Positions 23,896-33,388 of a DNA stretch of 64,000 nt are shown piece after piece. Location: positions 186,691 through 250,690 of the forward strand of contig JAWSUI010000001.1 in the NCBI GenBank assembly GCA_033551855.1. The letters run 5' to 3'. How positions within the stretch are numbered: the stretch's first letter is position 1; each line of letters opens with the position of its first letter. The notes below the pieces were generated by a model. That model searched no databases, had not been told where the DNA came from, and worked only from the letters and a program-made list of their open reading frames with translations. The stretch comes from Deferrisomatales bacterium (GTDB taxonomy: Bacteria; Desulfobacterota; Deferrisomatia; Deferrisomatales; JACRMM01). The translations under genes were made by a program, and so were the position numbers.

Positions 23896-23927
23896 CTCTC
23901 CCCCCGGGAGAGGGCCGGGGGGAGGGC
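23896..23927. repeat. CCCTCTCCC/GGGAGAGGG-type palindromic intergenic repeat
   Basis: CCCTCTCCC...GGGAGAGGG hairpin followed by a G-rich arm, located between etfB and etfA. Confidence 0.5.
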
Positions 23928-24040
23928 GCTAGAACCAGCAAGGCACTCCCCGGGAAGACGGCCCGGTTGAGGATGGAGAGAACCAAGTCCGCGCCCCGGC
24001 ACAGGCCGTCACGCGGGTCTCACAGAAAAGGAGAGACGCA

Positions 24041-25015
24041 ATGTCCATTCTGGTGATCGCCGAGATGAGGGAAGGCGACGTCCGGCACGCTTCCTACCCT
24101 GCCATCACCGCGGGGAAGATCCTGGCGGAGCAGTTGGGCGCCACGTACGACGTGCTCGTTCTGGGCGCAGGCGCCAAGGCCGGGGCGGAAAGGCTCAAAG
24201 ACTTCGGCGCCAAGAACGTCTACTGGTCCGAGGCTCCGGCCGTGGCGGACTACACCGCGGAAGGTCACGCCCAGGTGGCGTCCGACCTGGTGAAGGAGAA
24301 GGGTCTTGCCGTGGTTTTGGCGGCAGCCACGACCACGGGCAAGGACATGATGCCCCGGATGGCCGCTCTGCTGGAAGCGGGCATGGTGAGCGACGTCATC
24401 GCGTTCCAGAAGGGGGACGCGGGCACGGTGTACGTCCGGCCGATGTATGCCGGCAACGCCGAGGCGAGCGTCGTCGTCGACACGCCGGTGCACGTGCTCA
24501 CCGTCCGGGAGACTGCCTTCGACGCGGCCGCCCCCGGGGGCGTGCCGGCCGCGGTGGCCGAGGTGCCGGTGAGCCTGGATCCCGCGAGCCTCAAGGCGAA
24601 GTTCGTCTCCTATCAGCTCACGAAGTCGGCGCGGCCGGAGCTCACGGAGGCAAAGATCGTCGTCTCGGCCGGCCGCGGGTGCAAGGATGCCGAGGGCGTG
24701 AAGCTCGTGGAGCAGCTCGCCGACCTTCTCGAGGCAGCGGTCGGCGCGAGCCGGGCGGTGGTCGATGAGGGGCTCCTGCCCAACGACCTCCAGGTGGGCC
24801 AGACGGGGAAGATCGTCGCCCCCGACCTGTATTTCGCGCTGGGGATCTCGGGGGCCATCCAGCACGTGGCCGGCATGAAGGGCGCCAAGGTCATCGTGGC
24901 GGTGAACAAGGACGAGGAGGCCCCCATCTTCGAGGTGGCCGACTACGGTCTCGTGGACGACGTCTTCAAGGCCGTACCGAAGCTGGTGGAAAAGATCAAG
25001 CAGGCGAAGGGCTGA
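24041..25015 (+). CDS. etfA: Electron transfer flavoprotein alpha subunit
   Basis: VGASRAVVD, QVGQTGK, GISGAIQHVAGM. Confidence 0.95.
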   Translation: MSILVIAEMREGDVRHASYPAITAGKILAEQLGATYDVLVLGAGAKAGAERLKDFGAKNVYWSEAPAVADYTAEGHAQVASDLVKEKGLAVVLAAATTTGKDMMPRMAALLEAGMVSDVIAFQKGDAGTVYVRPMYAGNAEASVVVDTPVHVLTVRETAFDAAAPGGVPAAVAEVPVSLDPASLKAKFVSYQLTKSARPELTEAKIVVSAGRGCKDAEGVKLVEQLADLLEAAVGASRAVVDEGLLPNDLQVGQTGKIVAPDLYFALGISGAIQHVAGMKGAKVIVAVNKDEEAPIFEVADYGLVDDVFKAVPKLVEKIKQAKG

Positions 25016-25089
25016 CCGATCGGCGGGGGCCGGCTCGGCCGCCCCCGCCGCCAGCCAGACAGACAGCCAGACAGACAGAGGGAACGACC

Positions 25090-27036
25090 ATGGTCAACGC
25101 TCTGGATTTTGGCCTGATCCTGGTGGTGTTCGGGATTGCGGCCCTGGGCGCCTGGCGCAAGGTCCGCCGCATCGCGGTGGGCGCGCCGGAGGACCGCTTC
25201 GGCGACCTCAGGCGCCGCGTCGGCGAGGTTTGGCGGGGCGTGATCGCCCATCAGAAGGTGCTCCGAGAGCGGCCGGAAGGACTCCACCACCTCTTTCTGT
25301 TCGCAGCGTTCGTCGGCATGATCGCATTGATCGTGGTCGTGCAGGTGGCCTTCCGCCTGCCGGCGGCTCTCGCGGGGCCGGTGAGCCTGGCGGTGGAGCT
25401 CCTGGGACTCGCGGGCCTGTACGGGACGTACCGGCTGTACCGCCGGCGGTATACGGAAAAGCCGGACCGTCTGGACGAGAAACCCGAGGACCGGTGGGCC
25501 CTGTGGGCCCTGCTGGCGATCTTCGGCTCCGGCCTGCTCCTCACGGGGGCCCGCATCGGGGCCACGGGTGAGTGGTGGGATCTTTGGCACCCGGTTGGTT
25601 TCGTCCTGAGCCTCCCCTTCCGGGCGCTCCCCGTGGAGGCCACCGCCTGGGTCGTGCAGGTCCTCTGGCGGGTGCATCTGTTCCTGGTGCTGGTCACACT
25701 GGCGACGTTGCCCTTCGGCAAGCTCTCCCACGCCCTCTTCGGCGGGGCAAATCTCTTCTTCCAGAACCTGGGCCCGAAGGGCGCCTTCCGCCCGGTGGAC
25801 ATCGAGAACTCCGAGGTGTACGGCGTGGGGCAGGTGGAGAACTTCACCTGGAAGCAACTCCTGGACCTCGAGGCCTGCGTGCGCTGCGGCCGGTGCCAGG
25901 TCAAGTGCCCGGCCTATGCGACGGAGAAGACCCTGAACCCCAAGAAGGTGATCCAGGACCTCAAGAGCCATTGGGTCGCCAAGATGCCGGCGATCCGGCG
26001 GGGCGAGGCGGAGTCCTTCGCGGATCCCATGATCGACGGCGCCGGCGTCCACCAGGAGGACATCTGGTCCTGCACGACCTGCCGGGCCTGCATGGAGGCC
26101 TGCCCGCTGGGGATCGAGCACGTGGACAAGATCGTGGACATGCGTCGCCACCTGGTCCTCATGGAAGGCCAAATGCCGGCGGAGCTGGTCACCCTCAACA
26201 AGAACGTGGAGAACAACTTCAACCCCTGGGGCGTGGGCTGGTCGGCGCGGAACGACTGGATGAAGCGCCGGGGGGTGAATGCCCCCGTGCTCCCCGAGCT
26301 GGAGGGCCCCGACTTCGAGGTGCTCCTGTGGGTCGGGTGCGCCGGCGCGTACGACGACCGGTACCAGCGGGTGATGGGCTCGGTGGTCCGGTTGCTCGAC
26401 CGCGCCGGGGTGCGGTGCGGGATCCTCGGAACCCAGGAGAAGTGCTGCGGGGATCCGGCGCGGTCGTCGGGCAACGAGTACCTGTACCAGAGCCTCGTCG
26501 CCGAGAACATCGCCGCCATGGACGCCTTGGGGGTGAAGAAGATCCTCGCCCCTTGCCCGCACTGTGCGAAGACCCTCGGGAAGGAGTACCCCCAGTTCGG
26601 GGGCAACTACGAGGTCGTGCACCACGCCGAGTTCCTCCTGGGGCTCGTGGCCGAAGGCCGGCTGAAGGTGGTGCGGGAGCTCCCGGCGAAGGTCACCCTG
26701 CACGACTCCTGTTACCTGTCCCGGTACGCGGGGACGGTCGAAGAGCCGCGGGATCTGCTGCGGTCGGTGGGCGGGGTGGAGTTGGTGGAGATGGACCGCT
26801 GCCGGGAGGACAACTTCTGCTGCGGGGCCGGTGGGGCTCGCATGTGGATGGAAGAGGAGAATCCTCGGATCAACAACGTGCGGGCCGAGCAGGCCCTGGC
26901 CACGGGAGCCGGCGTGATCGGCTCGGCGTGCCCTTTCTGCCTCACCATGCTCTCGGACGGCGTGAAGGCGCACAAGCGGGAGGAGGATGTGCAGGTGCTG
27001 GACATCGCCGAGATCCTCGAGAAGGCGCTGCCCTGA
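25090..27036 (+). CDS. Membrane-bound FeS/CCG oxidoreductase (Etf:quinone oxidoreductase, EMO/DUF224-like)
   Basis: N-terminal cytochrome b-like TM domain with His residues; CVRCGRC..CP and CTTCRAC..CP 4Fe-4S motifs; two CCG domains; directly follows etfBA. Confidence 0.85.
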   Translation: MVNALDFGLILVVFGIAALGAWRKVRRIAVGAPEDRFGDLRRRVGEVWRGVIAHQKVLRERPEGLHHLFLFAAFVGMIALIVVVQVAFRLPAALAGPVSLAVELLGLAGLYGTYRLYRRRYTEKPDRLDEKPEDRWALWALLAIFGSGLLLTGARIGATGEWWDLWHPVGFVLSLPFRALPVEATAWVVQVLWRVHLFLVLVTLATLPFGKLSHALFGGANLFFQNLGPKGAFRPVDIENSEVYGVGQVENFTWKQLLDLEACVRCGRCQVKCPAYATEKTLNPKKVIQDLKSHWVAKMPAIRRGEAESFADPMIDGAGVHQEDIWSCTTCRACMEACPLGIEHVDKIVDMRRHLVLMEGQMPAELVTLNKNVENNFNPWGVGWSARNDWMKRRGVNAPVLPELEGPDFEVLLWVGCAGAYDDRYQRVMGSVVRLLDRAGVRCGILGTQEKCCGDPARSSGNEYLYQSLVAENIAAMDALGVKKILAPCPHCAKTLGKEYPQFGGNYEVVHHAEFLLGLVAEGRLKVVRELPAKVTLHDSCYLSRYAGTVEEPRDLLRSVGGVELVEMDRCREDNFCCGAGGARMWMEEENPRINNVRAEQALATGAGVIGSACPFCLTMLSDGVKAHKREEDVQVLDIAEILEKALP

Positions 27037-27056
27037 TGGGCTGGGGAGGAGTCGTC

Positions 27057-28010
27057 ATGAAACGATGCGCCGCAGTCCTCGTTGGCTTGGCGTGCGCCCT
27101 GGGGGCAGCCCACGCGACCGAGCCGGCTCCGGGGTTCACCCCTCCGGGGCGGACCATCGCCAAGCCCTACACCAACGACAAGTGCCTGAACAACTGCCAC
27201 GCACTGCCCGGCCTCGGGGCCACCGGTTCCCACGGGGTGTTGCGCAACCTCTACGTGGACCCCCAGGGGTATTTGCTGTCCACCCACGGCCAGAAGGGGA
27301 TCGAGTGCGTCGACTGCCACGCCGACGCGGACCCCAACTTCCACCCGCGCACCGGGTATGCCCAGGTGGACTGCCGGGCCTGCCACGCCGAGGTGCCGCC
27401 GGAGGGCGTGTTCCCCCCCGACGCGTTGCAGCGCCTCGATGCCAAGGGGATCAAACGGCCCCCGAAGGAGGCCCTGAAGGGCGAGGGCTGGGCCAAGACC
27501 AAGCACGCGAAGGCCTGGGAGGAAGGAAACCCGGCGGCCCCCTCCTGTGCCCACTGCCACACGGCACACTACCAGCGCCACAGCCGGGACCCCGCCTCGA
27601 CGGTCCACCGCCGGGAACTGGCGGCCACCTGCGGGATGTGCCACGTGGACCAGGTGCGGTCCTACGACGTAGGGGGTGTCCTGGCTCGGTTCCGGCTGGG
27701 GGCCCACGGCAAGGGGGACCTCTCCAGCCGCTACAGCGTGAGGGAGTGCCTCAGCTGCCACCAGGGCGAGGGGGCCCACGGGGAGGAGACGGTCACCGGC
27801 CAGTCGTGCCCGTCCTGCCACCGCGTCCCGACGGAGCCCGGCGACCGGACGGTGTCGTCCCTGCACATCCGGCCGCAGGCTGCGGATCAACCGGTGGCGT
27901 GGGCGCTGCGCTGGGGCTACACGGCGCTCTTCTGGGGGGGAGTGGCGGTGGCCGGAGTGGCCGTCCTCTTCCTGGGATTCTCCACCCTCTACCGCCGCAG
28001 TGACGGCTGA
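27057..28010 (+). CDS. Membrane-anchored periplasmic multiheme cytochrome c (7 putative heme sites)
   Basis: Signal peptide; CLNNCH (CX3CH), CVDCH, CRACH, CAHCH, CGMCH, CLSCH, CPSCH; C-terminal TM helix. Confidence 0.88.
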   Translation: MKRCAAVLVGLACALGAAHATEPAPGFTPPGRTIAKPYTNDKCLNNCHALPGLGATGSHGVLRNLYVDPQGYLLSTHGQKGIECVDCHADADPNFHPRTGYAQVDCRACHAEVPPEGVFPPDALQRLDAKGIKRPPKEALKGEGWAKTKHAKAWEEGNPAAPSCAHCHTAHYQRHSRDPASTVHRRELAATCGMCHVDQVRSYDVGGVLARFRLGAHGKGDLSSRYSVRECLSCHQGEGAHGEETVTGQSCPSCHRVPTEPGDRTVSSLHIRPQAADQPVAWALRWGYTALFWGGVAVAGVAVLFLGFSTLYRRSDG

Positions 28011-28030
28011 GCGCTGCAGGAGCGGGCCCG

Positions 28031-28624
28031 ATGTCGAAGAAGCGTTACGGATTCCTGATCGACCTGAGGAAGTGCATCGGCTGCCGCACCTGCCAGGTGG
28101 CGTGCAAGGCCGAGAACGACGTGCCACTGGGGGTCTACCGCACTTGGGTGAAGGAGGTGGAGAAGGGCACCTACCCCAATGCGCGCCGACACTATATCCC
28201 GGTGGTGTGCAATCAGTGTGCGGAGCCCGCGTGCACCACCGTGTGCCCGGTCATCGCGACCTACGCCCTGGACAACGGGATCGTCTACATCGATCCCCAC
28301 CGGTGCATCGGGTGCGGGTACTGCAAGGCGGCGTGCCCCTACGCGGTGCGGTTCCTCCATCCCACGCGGGGCGTGGTGGAGAAGTGCGATTGGTGCTGGC
28401 CCCGGGTGCGCGAGGGCCACGGGCCCCCGGCCTGCGTGGCGGCTTGCCCCACCGACGCCATGCTCTTCGGGGACCTCGAGGACCCCGAGAGCGCCATCTC
28501 GGTGGCCTTGGCCCGGGAGCCGGCGGCGGTGCTAAAGCCCGAGTCCGGAAACGTCCCTCAGGCGTTCTACGTCGGCCTCGACGACGAGGCGTCGCGCCTC
28601 GTCCCCCACGGCGGGGAGGAGTGA
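28031..28624 (+). CDS. NrfC/DmsB/PsrB-like 4x[4Fe-4S] subunit
   Basis: KCIGCRTCQVACK, CNQCAEPAC..VCP, CIGCGYCKAACPY, KCDWC...PACVAACP. Confidence 0.92.
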   Translation: MSKKRYGFLIDLRKCIGCRTCQVACKAENDVPLGVYRTWVKEVEKGTYPNARRHYIPVVCNQCAEPACTTVCPVIATYALDNGIVYIDPHRCIGCGYCKAACPYAVRFLHPTRGVVEKCDWCWPRVREGHGPPACVAACPTDAMLFGDLEDPESAISVALAREPAAVLKPESGNVPQAFYVGLDDEASRLVPHGGEE

Positions 28625-28628
28625 GGAC

Positions 28629-29519
28629 ATGACCCTGCTCTACACCGTTCCCCACCAGGAGGCTTTCGGCCTTTCCATCGCCATCTACTTCTACTTGACG
28701 GGCCTGTCGGCCGGCTCCTTCATCATCTCGACCCTGGCCTACGGCTTCGGCTTCGAGAAGTACAAGCCGCTGGGGAAGATCGGGGTCGTGATCGCGACGC
28801 TGCTGCTCATCGCGGCGCCGATGTTCCTCCTCCTGCACTCGGGGCGGCCGCTGCGGGCCTGGCACCTGTTCGTCTACATCAACGCCACGAGTCCGATCTC
28901 CTGGGGCTCCTTCCTTCTGACGCTCTACCCGATCAACTGCGTCGTTTACGGGTACTTCATGTTTCGGGGCAATGCCAAGCTGACGAAGCTCTTCGGCCTG
29001 ATCGGCATCCCCCTGGCCCTCATGGTCCATGGCTACACGGGGTTCATCCTGAGCTTCGCCAAGGCCCACGTCCTATGGCGCTCCAGCATGATGCCCATCC
29101 TGTTCCTCACGTCGGCCCTCGTGTCCGGCGTGGCCATGATGATCCTCGTGACGATCATCAAGGATCGCTTCTTCAGCGAGAAGCGCGAGGTGAACACCGA
29201 GGTCGTCTTCGGGCTCGGGAAGATGCTCCTGTGGCTCCTCGTCTTCGACCTCTTCCTCAGCCTCTCGGACGTGGGGGTTCACTATTTCGGCGAGCGGGAG
29301 TCCATGGAGACCTCGCGGCTCTTCCTGACCGGGGCCTTCGCGCCGCTCTTCCTGGGGGTCGAGACCCTGATGGGCAAGCTGATCCCCCTGGGCCTGGTGG
29401 CCTCGCCGCGCACGCGCAACGTGGCCGTCTTCGGGTTTGCGGCGCTGCTGGTGATGATCGGAATTTTCGTCATGCGCTACAACGTGGTCCTTGGAGGCGA
29501 GTTCATCCCGCTGTTGTGA
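28629..29519 (+). CDS. NrfD/PsrC-family quinone-interacting membrane subunit
   Basis: IAIYFYLTGLSAGS, HSGRP.R, SPISWG, HGYTG, SALVSG; about 8 TM helices. Confidence 0.9.
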   Translation: MTLLYTVPHQEAFGLSIAIYFYLTGLSAGSFIISTLAYGFGFEKYKPLGKIGVVIATLLLIAAPMFLLLHSGRPLRAWHLFVYINATSPISWGSFLLTLYPINCVVYGYFMFRGNAKLTKLFGLIGIPLALMVHGYTGFILSFAKAHVLWRSSMMPILFLTSALVSGVAMMILVTIIKDRFFSEKREVNTEVVFGLGKMLLWLLVFDLFLSLSDVGVHYFGERESMETSRLFLTGAFAPLFLGVETLMGKLIPLGLVASPRTRNVAVFGFAALLVMIGIFVMRYNVVLGGEFIPLL

Positions 29520-29554
29520 GGGGAAGAGCCCGCTGCGGGCTGTGAGGGGAGACC

Positions 29555-31837
29555 ATGACCGAGCTGAGCCGTCGTCAGTTCCTGGCCGTAGGGGCCACCG
29601 GCGCCGCGGGCCTGGCGTTCGAGAACAAGGCACGGGTGCTGCGCGCCCCGGAGAAGCCCTGGAACGAAGGGACCGGACGAGCGCTGCGAAAATTTCTCGA
29701 TCCGATCCCGACCGCGTGCGTGGGGTGCGCCTGCCACTGCGCTTTGGTCGCCTATCGGGACGGCGACCGGGTGAGCCAGGTGGCCCCCAACCCCCGGGCC
29801 CTCTCCGGCGGAAAGCTGTGTGCTCGCGCCTACCAAGGCCTAGAGGCCCTCTACGATCCCGAACGGGTGCTCCGCCCCCTGCGCCGCGCCGGTGCCAGGG
29901 GGGAGGGCCGGTGGGAGCCCGTCTCCTGGGAGGAGGCCGCGGATCAGGTGTCCCGCGCCCTGGCGCAGTCGCCGACGGGGGCGTGCGTCGATTCGGGGCG
30001 GCCCGATCCCCTGGCGGGAGAGCTCCTGCCCCGGCTCGGGGTGCAGCATCGGGTAACCCACGACGCGTCGCGGCGCTGGGCGTCCCTCGCTTCCCAACGG
30101 GCCGTGTACGGCCTTCCGCTGGGGGTTCCGGACTTGCGTCGGCCCCGCACGGTCCTTCTCGCGGGGGCGCGGCCCCTGGACGAGGGGCCGCACTTTGCCG
30201 CCCTCGCCCGGGAGTTGACCCGGGCGCGCGCAGCCGGCGCGGCGATTGTCTCCGTCAGCCCCTTCGCGGGGGCGACCGGCAGCCTCGCCTCGGAGTGGAT
30301 CCCCTGCCGCCCCGGCACCGAGGCCGTCGTGCTCCTGGGGATCGCCCGGGAGCTCCTCGCCCGCCGGTCGTTCGACCCGACGGTCTTCGGCCGTTTCGTC
30401 CAGGGGACTGCGGAAGAGCTCCAGGCGGCCTTGGCTCCCTACACGGCCGAGGAGGTCGAGGCGGTCGCGGGTGTCCCCGGACGGCTCCTGTCCCGGGCGA
30501 CGGAGCGGCTCGCTGGGGTGGGACCGGCCCTCTGCCTGGCCGACGGGTCCGGCAGGCCCGAGGCGGGCTCCTTGGAGGCCGCCTGTGCGTTGGTCAACGC
30601 CCTGGGCGGTGACCCGGAGGAAGCCGGCCTGCGGCTCGCCCGCTCTCCCGGGTGGCTCCCGGAGGCGGAGCCCACGTCCACGCGGGAGGGGGTCGTGAAG
30701 GGGATCCTCGACGGCACCCAGCGGGTGCCCGTGTACCTCGCCTACCGCTCCAACCCGGTCTATTGGAGCCCCCAGAGCCGAGCTGTCGCGGAGGCGTTCC
30801 AGGACGAGGGGCGGATCGGGCTCCTGGTGGCCATGGACACGCACCTCACCGAGACGGCCCAATTGGCCGACCTGGTCCTTCCCGCCGCGACGGACTTGGA
30901 GATGTGGAACCTACTGGGCGGGTACACGCCGGAAGGCAAGGTGTACGCCGTACTGCAGCAGCCCGCCCAGCGGCGGCCCCCCGAGCCGGTGCTCCTGCGC
31001 AGCCCGGATGTCCCCTTGGAGCGGCTCTTCGACGGCCCGGGAACCGGCCCGTTGGGAGAGGCCCTGCAGTTGGGCGACTTCCTCCTGCAGGTTGCCGGCC
31101 GCCGGGGCACGGAGCTCCCCTACTCCGACTGCGGCGCCTACGTGCGCGAACAGGCGGAGCGCGCCGGCCTCCTCGAGGCCCGGGGGGACTACGGGGGGCT
31201 GCTCCGGGATGGGTATTGGGAGGGCCCCGCCTCGTACCCGCGGGCCGCCGATGTGGGGTTCCCCACGCCGACCGGCCTCCTCCAAGTGGCAGACGCCCTC
31301 TCCCGGAGAGGCGCTCCGGAGGGGGAGCCCCTGGGAGGGAATGCTTTCGGGCTCGTCGTCCTCAGCTACCCCGAGCTCGGCGCTGGATACGCGAATACCC
31401 GCTGGGGGCGGGAAGTTCGCTACCGGAACCCCGTCTACCTCCAGGCGGAGCGGGCGCGCAGCCTGGGCCTCAGAGCCGGTGACCGGGTCCAGCTTACCAC
31501 CTCGGCAGGCCAGGCCGTGGGCCGGGTCCTCCCCGTTCAGGGGATCCACCCGGATGCCGTGGCGGTGGCGGAGGACTTCGGCCACTGGGCCGGGGGGGTG
31601 GCGGCTACCGCCCGGAACGAGGCCACGGGCGACAAGCGCCAGCCGGTGCTCGTGAGCCGCAAGGACCTCCTCACCAATCCCCTGGGCGTGAGCCGGAAGG
31701 GGACCGCGCCGGGGGAGATTCCCTGGTGGCACGCCCATGGGGCCGGGCTGTCCGTGGCCGAGCTGAGCCCCTTTGCCCTCGACGAGCACGGCGCCCAGGT
31801 GCGGCAGGGTGTTCGTGTGACGATCCGCCGGGCCTGA
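29555..31837 (+). CDS. Tat-exported molybdopterin oxidoreductase-family subunit, apparently degenerate
   Basis: SRRQFL Tat motif, CVGCACHC...LC FS0 motif, YDPERVLRPLRR, ETAQLADLVLPAA; expected Mo-ligand region reads HDASRRW. Confidence 0.8.
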   Translation: MTELSRRQFLAVGATGAAGLAFENKARVLRAPEKPWNEGTGRALRKFLDPIPTACVGCACHCALVAYRDGDRVSQVAPNPRALSGGKLCARAYQGLEALYDPERVLRPLRRAGARGEGRWEPVSWEEAADQVSRALAQSPTGACVDSGRPDPLAGELLPRLGVQHRVTHDASRRWASLASQRAVYGLPLGVPDLRRPRTVLLAGARPLDEGPHFAALARELTRARAAGAAIVSVSPFAGATGSLASEWIPCRPGTEAVVLLGIARELLARRSFDPTVFGRFVQGTAEELQAALAPYTAEEVEAVAGVPGRLLSRATERLAGVGPALCLADGSGRPEAGSLEAACALVNALGGDPEEAGLRLARSPGWLPEAEPTSTREGVVKGILDGTQRVPVYLAYRSNPVYWSPQSRAVAEAFQDEGRIGLLVAMDTHLTETAQLADLVLPAATDLEMWNLLGGYTPEGKVYAVLQQPAQRRPPEPVLLRSPDVPLERLFDGPGTGPLGEALQLGDFLLQVAGRRGTELPYSDCGAYVREQAERAGLLEARGDYGGLLRDGYWEGPASYPRAADVGFPTPTGLLQVADALSRRGAPEGEPLGGNAFGLVVLSYPELGAGYANTRWGREVRYRNPVYLQAERARSLGLRAGDRVQLTTSAGQAVGRVLPVQGIHPDAVAVAEDFGHWAGGVAATARNEATGDKRQPVLVSRKDLLTNPLGVSRKGTAPGEIPWWHAHGAGLSVAELSPFALDEHGAQVRQGVRVTIRRA

Positions 31838-31857
31838 GACGGAAGGAGCAGATCCCC

Positions 31858-33318
31858 ATGTTCGTGATCAAGCGCCTTGGGCAGATGACCAAGGGAGGCA
31901 TCGCGGGCTTCCTCGCCGTGCTGGCCCTGGCCGGCGTCGCGGTGTTTTTCTGGGGTGCCCGGACCATCAACGTCACGCCGGCCCAGTGCGTGACCTGCCA
32001 TGCCGAGCTGACGGAGATGTGGCAGCGAAGCCAGGGGCACCCGGCGGAGAAAGTGACCTGCCACCAGTGCCATGCCCCCCACGCCGCCTTGCCGGAGTCG
32101 CCCAACCTGATAGCGTTCGTACGGGACCAGCTGATTCCCGAGAAGTACCTGGCGACGGACGAGCGCATCGCCGCGCGGTGTGAGGAATGCCACGGGGAGG
32201 TGCGGGCTTCCGGGACGGGGCTCGGCGCCGTCCAGGCCAAGGGGGCCCTTCGCTCCGCGTTGTCGGCGGCCCTGGCCGGAGCCCCGGAAGTGCGGGCCCT
32301 CGTCGTGCCCACGGGGGCCCTCGGCGCCGAGGACGTGGTGCGCGGCGAAGCACTCGGGGCGTCCGCGGTCCGCTATCTGCGGGATCGGGAGTGGGTGGGG
32401 GCTGCCCGTGGGGTGGCCGGCGACCGGTGGCAGGCCGTCCTGGACTCGCTTCGTGAGGATCTGGGAGCGGTGGCCGCCGTGCAGGTTCCCGCGGCTCCGG
32501 AGGCGGAGGCCCGGCTCGCCCCGGCGCTCGCGGAGCTTCGGGGAGCGGCCCAGGCACTCCTGGCGGACCTGCCTCGGGGCCCCCTTCCGCCACGGGGGGA
32601 AGAGCTCCGGATCGTCTCGGGGGTCCTGCGACCGCTGGAGGCAGCGGAGGCTCGGCCAGAGGACGCCGTGACGCCCGTGCTGCCGGCCCCTGCGCGGGCC
32701 CTTGCGGAGGGGGTGCTGTTCGCCCTTTCCTCGGTGGCGGAGGGGCTCGAGGCCGAAGACGGGTTGCCGTATGATGGGGTGGGTCTCGATGGGGAACGGG
32801 TGGCGGCGCTGCAGCGGACGCTCGACGAGCTCGCGCAGTACCTGCGGGACGCCGAGGAGGCCAAGCTCTCGGCGGCGGCCGCCGGGTCCCTGGAGGCGGC
32901 GGTGGGTTGGCTCCCCGTCGTGGAGTCCGAGGACGGTCTGCGCCTGGAATTGAGCGTCGAGCCCGTCGCCCCCCGACCCGGTGAGGAAGGGTTCGTCGCT
33001 CTGGACCTGGTGGAGTTGGTCGGCGCGGCGCTGGATGCCTTCGACGAGCTCGGGAGGGGGCTCGAGGAGCGCAAGGTGGTCCAGGCAAACCACAAGGTCC
33101 ACTTGGTGGCCGCCCGGGACGAGCGCGGGGAGCTCCTGGGTCTCGGCTGTCTGGACTGCCACCGGAGCATCGCCCACGACAAGAACCGGCTGGAGACCAA
33201 TCGGGCGACCATGGCCGGGTGCTTCGCGGGCCAGTGCCACCAGGCAGACCGCAACAAGGACAACTGCCGGCGGTGTCACTATCAGCACCTGGTCGAGCCC
33301 GGCCAGGAAGTGCTGTAG
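31858..33318 (+). CDS. Membrane-anchored multiheme cytochrome c (NapC/NirT-like N-terminus) with a long heme-free insertion
   Basis: N-terminal TM helix; CVTCH, CHQCH, CEECH; long Ala/Leu/Glu-rich segment; then CLDCH, CFAGQCH, CRRCH. Confidence 0.8.
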   Translation: MFVIKRLGQMTKGGIAGFLAVLALAGVAVFFWGARTINVTPAQCVTCHAELTEMWQRSQGHPAEKVTCHQCHAPHAALPESPNLIAFVRDQLIPEKYLATDERIAARCEECHGEVRASGTGLGAVQAKGALRSALSAALAGAPEVRALVVPTGALGAEDVVRGEALGASAVRYLRDREWVGAARGVAGDRWQAVLDSLREDLGAVAAVQVPAAPEAEARLAPALAELRGAAQALLADLPRGPLPPRGEELRIVSGVLRPLEAAEARPEDAVTPVLPAPARALAEGVLFALSSVAEGLEAEDGLPYDGVGLDGERVAALQRTLDELAQYLRDAEEAKLSAAAAGSLEAAVGWLPVVESEDGLRLELSVEPVAPRPGEEGFVALDLVELVGAALDAFDELGRGLEERKVVQANHKVHLVAARDERGELLGLGCLDCHRSIAHDKNRLETNRATMAGCFAGQCHQADRNKDNCRRCHYQHLVEPGQEVL

Positions 33319-33388
33319 AGTACCCGTTTTCGCGGGCGGTCTTCCGCCGCGGGTGCGGGGGACGGGTGAGCCCCCGAGAGAGGTCTCC

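Noticed and set aside
25055..25080. CAGACAGACAGC short tandem repeat before the FeS oxidoreductase
   Set aside because: Too short to support a phase-variation or regulatory claim.
25572..28010. 812-aa ORF as a large cytochrome
   Set aside because: Only the part from ATG 27057 (RBS, signal peptide) is credible; the rest overlaps the FeS oxidoreductase in another frame.
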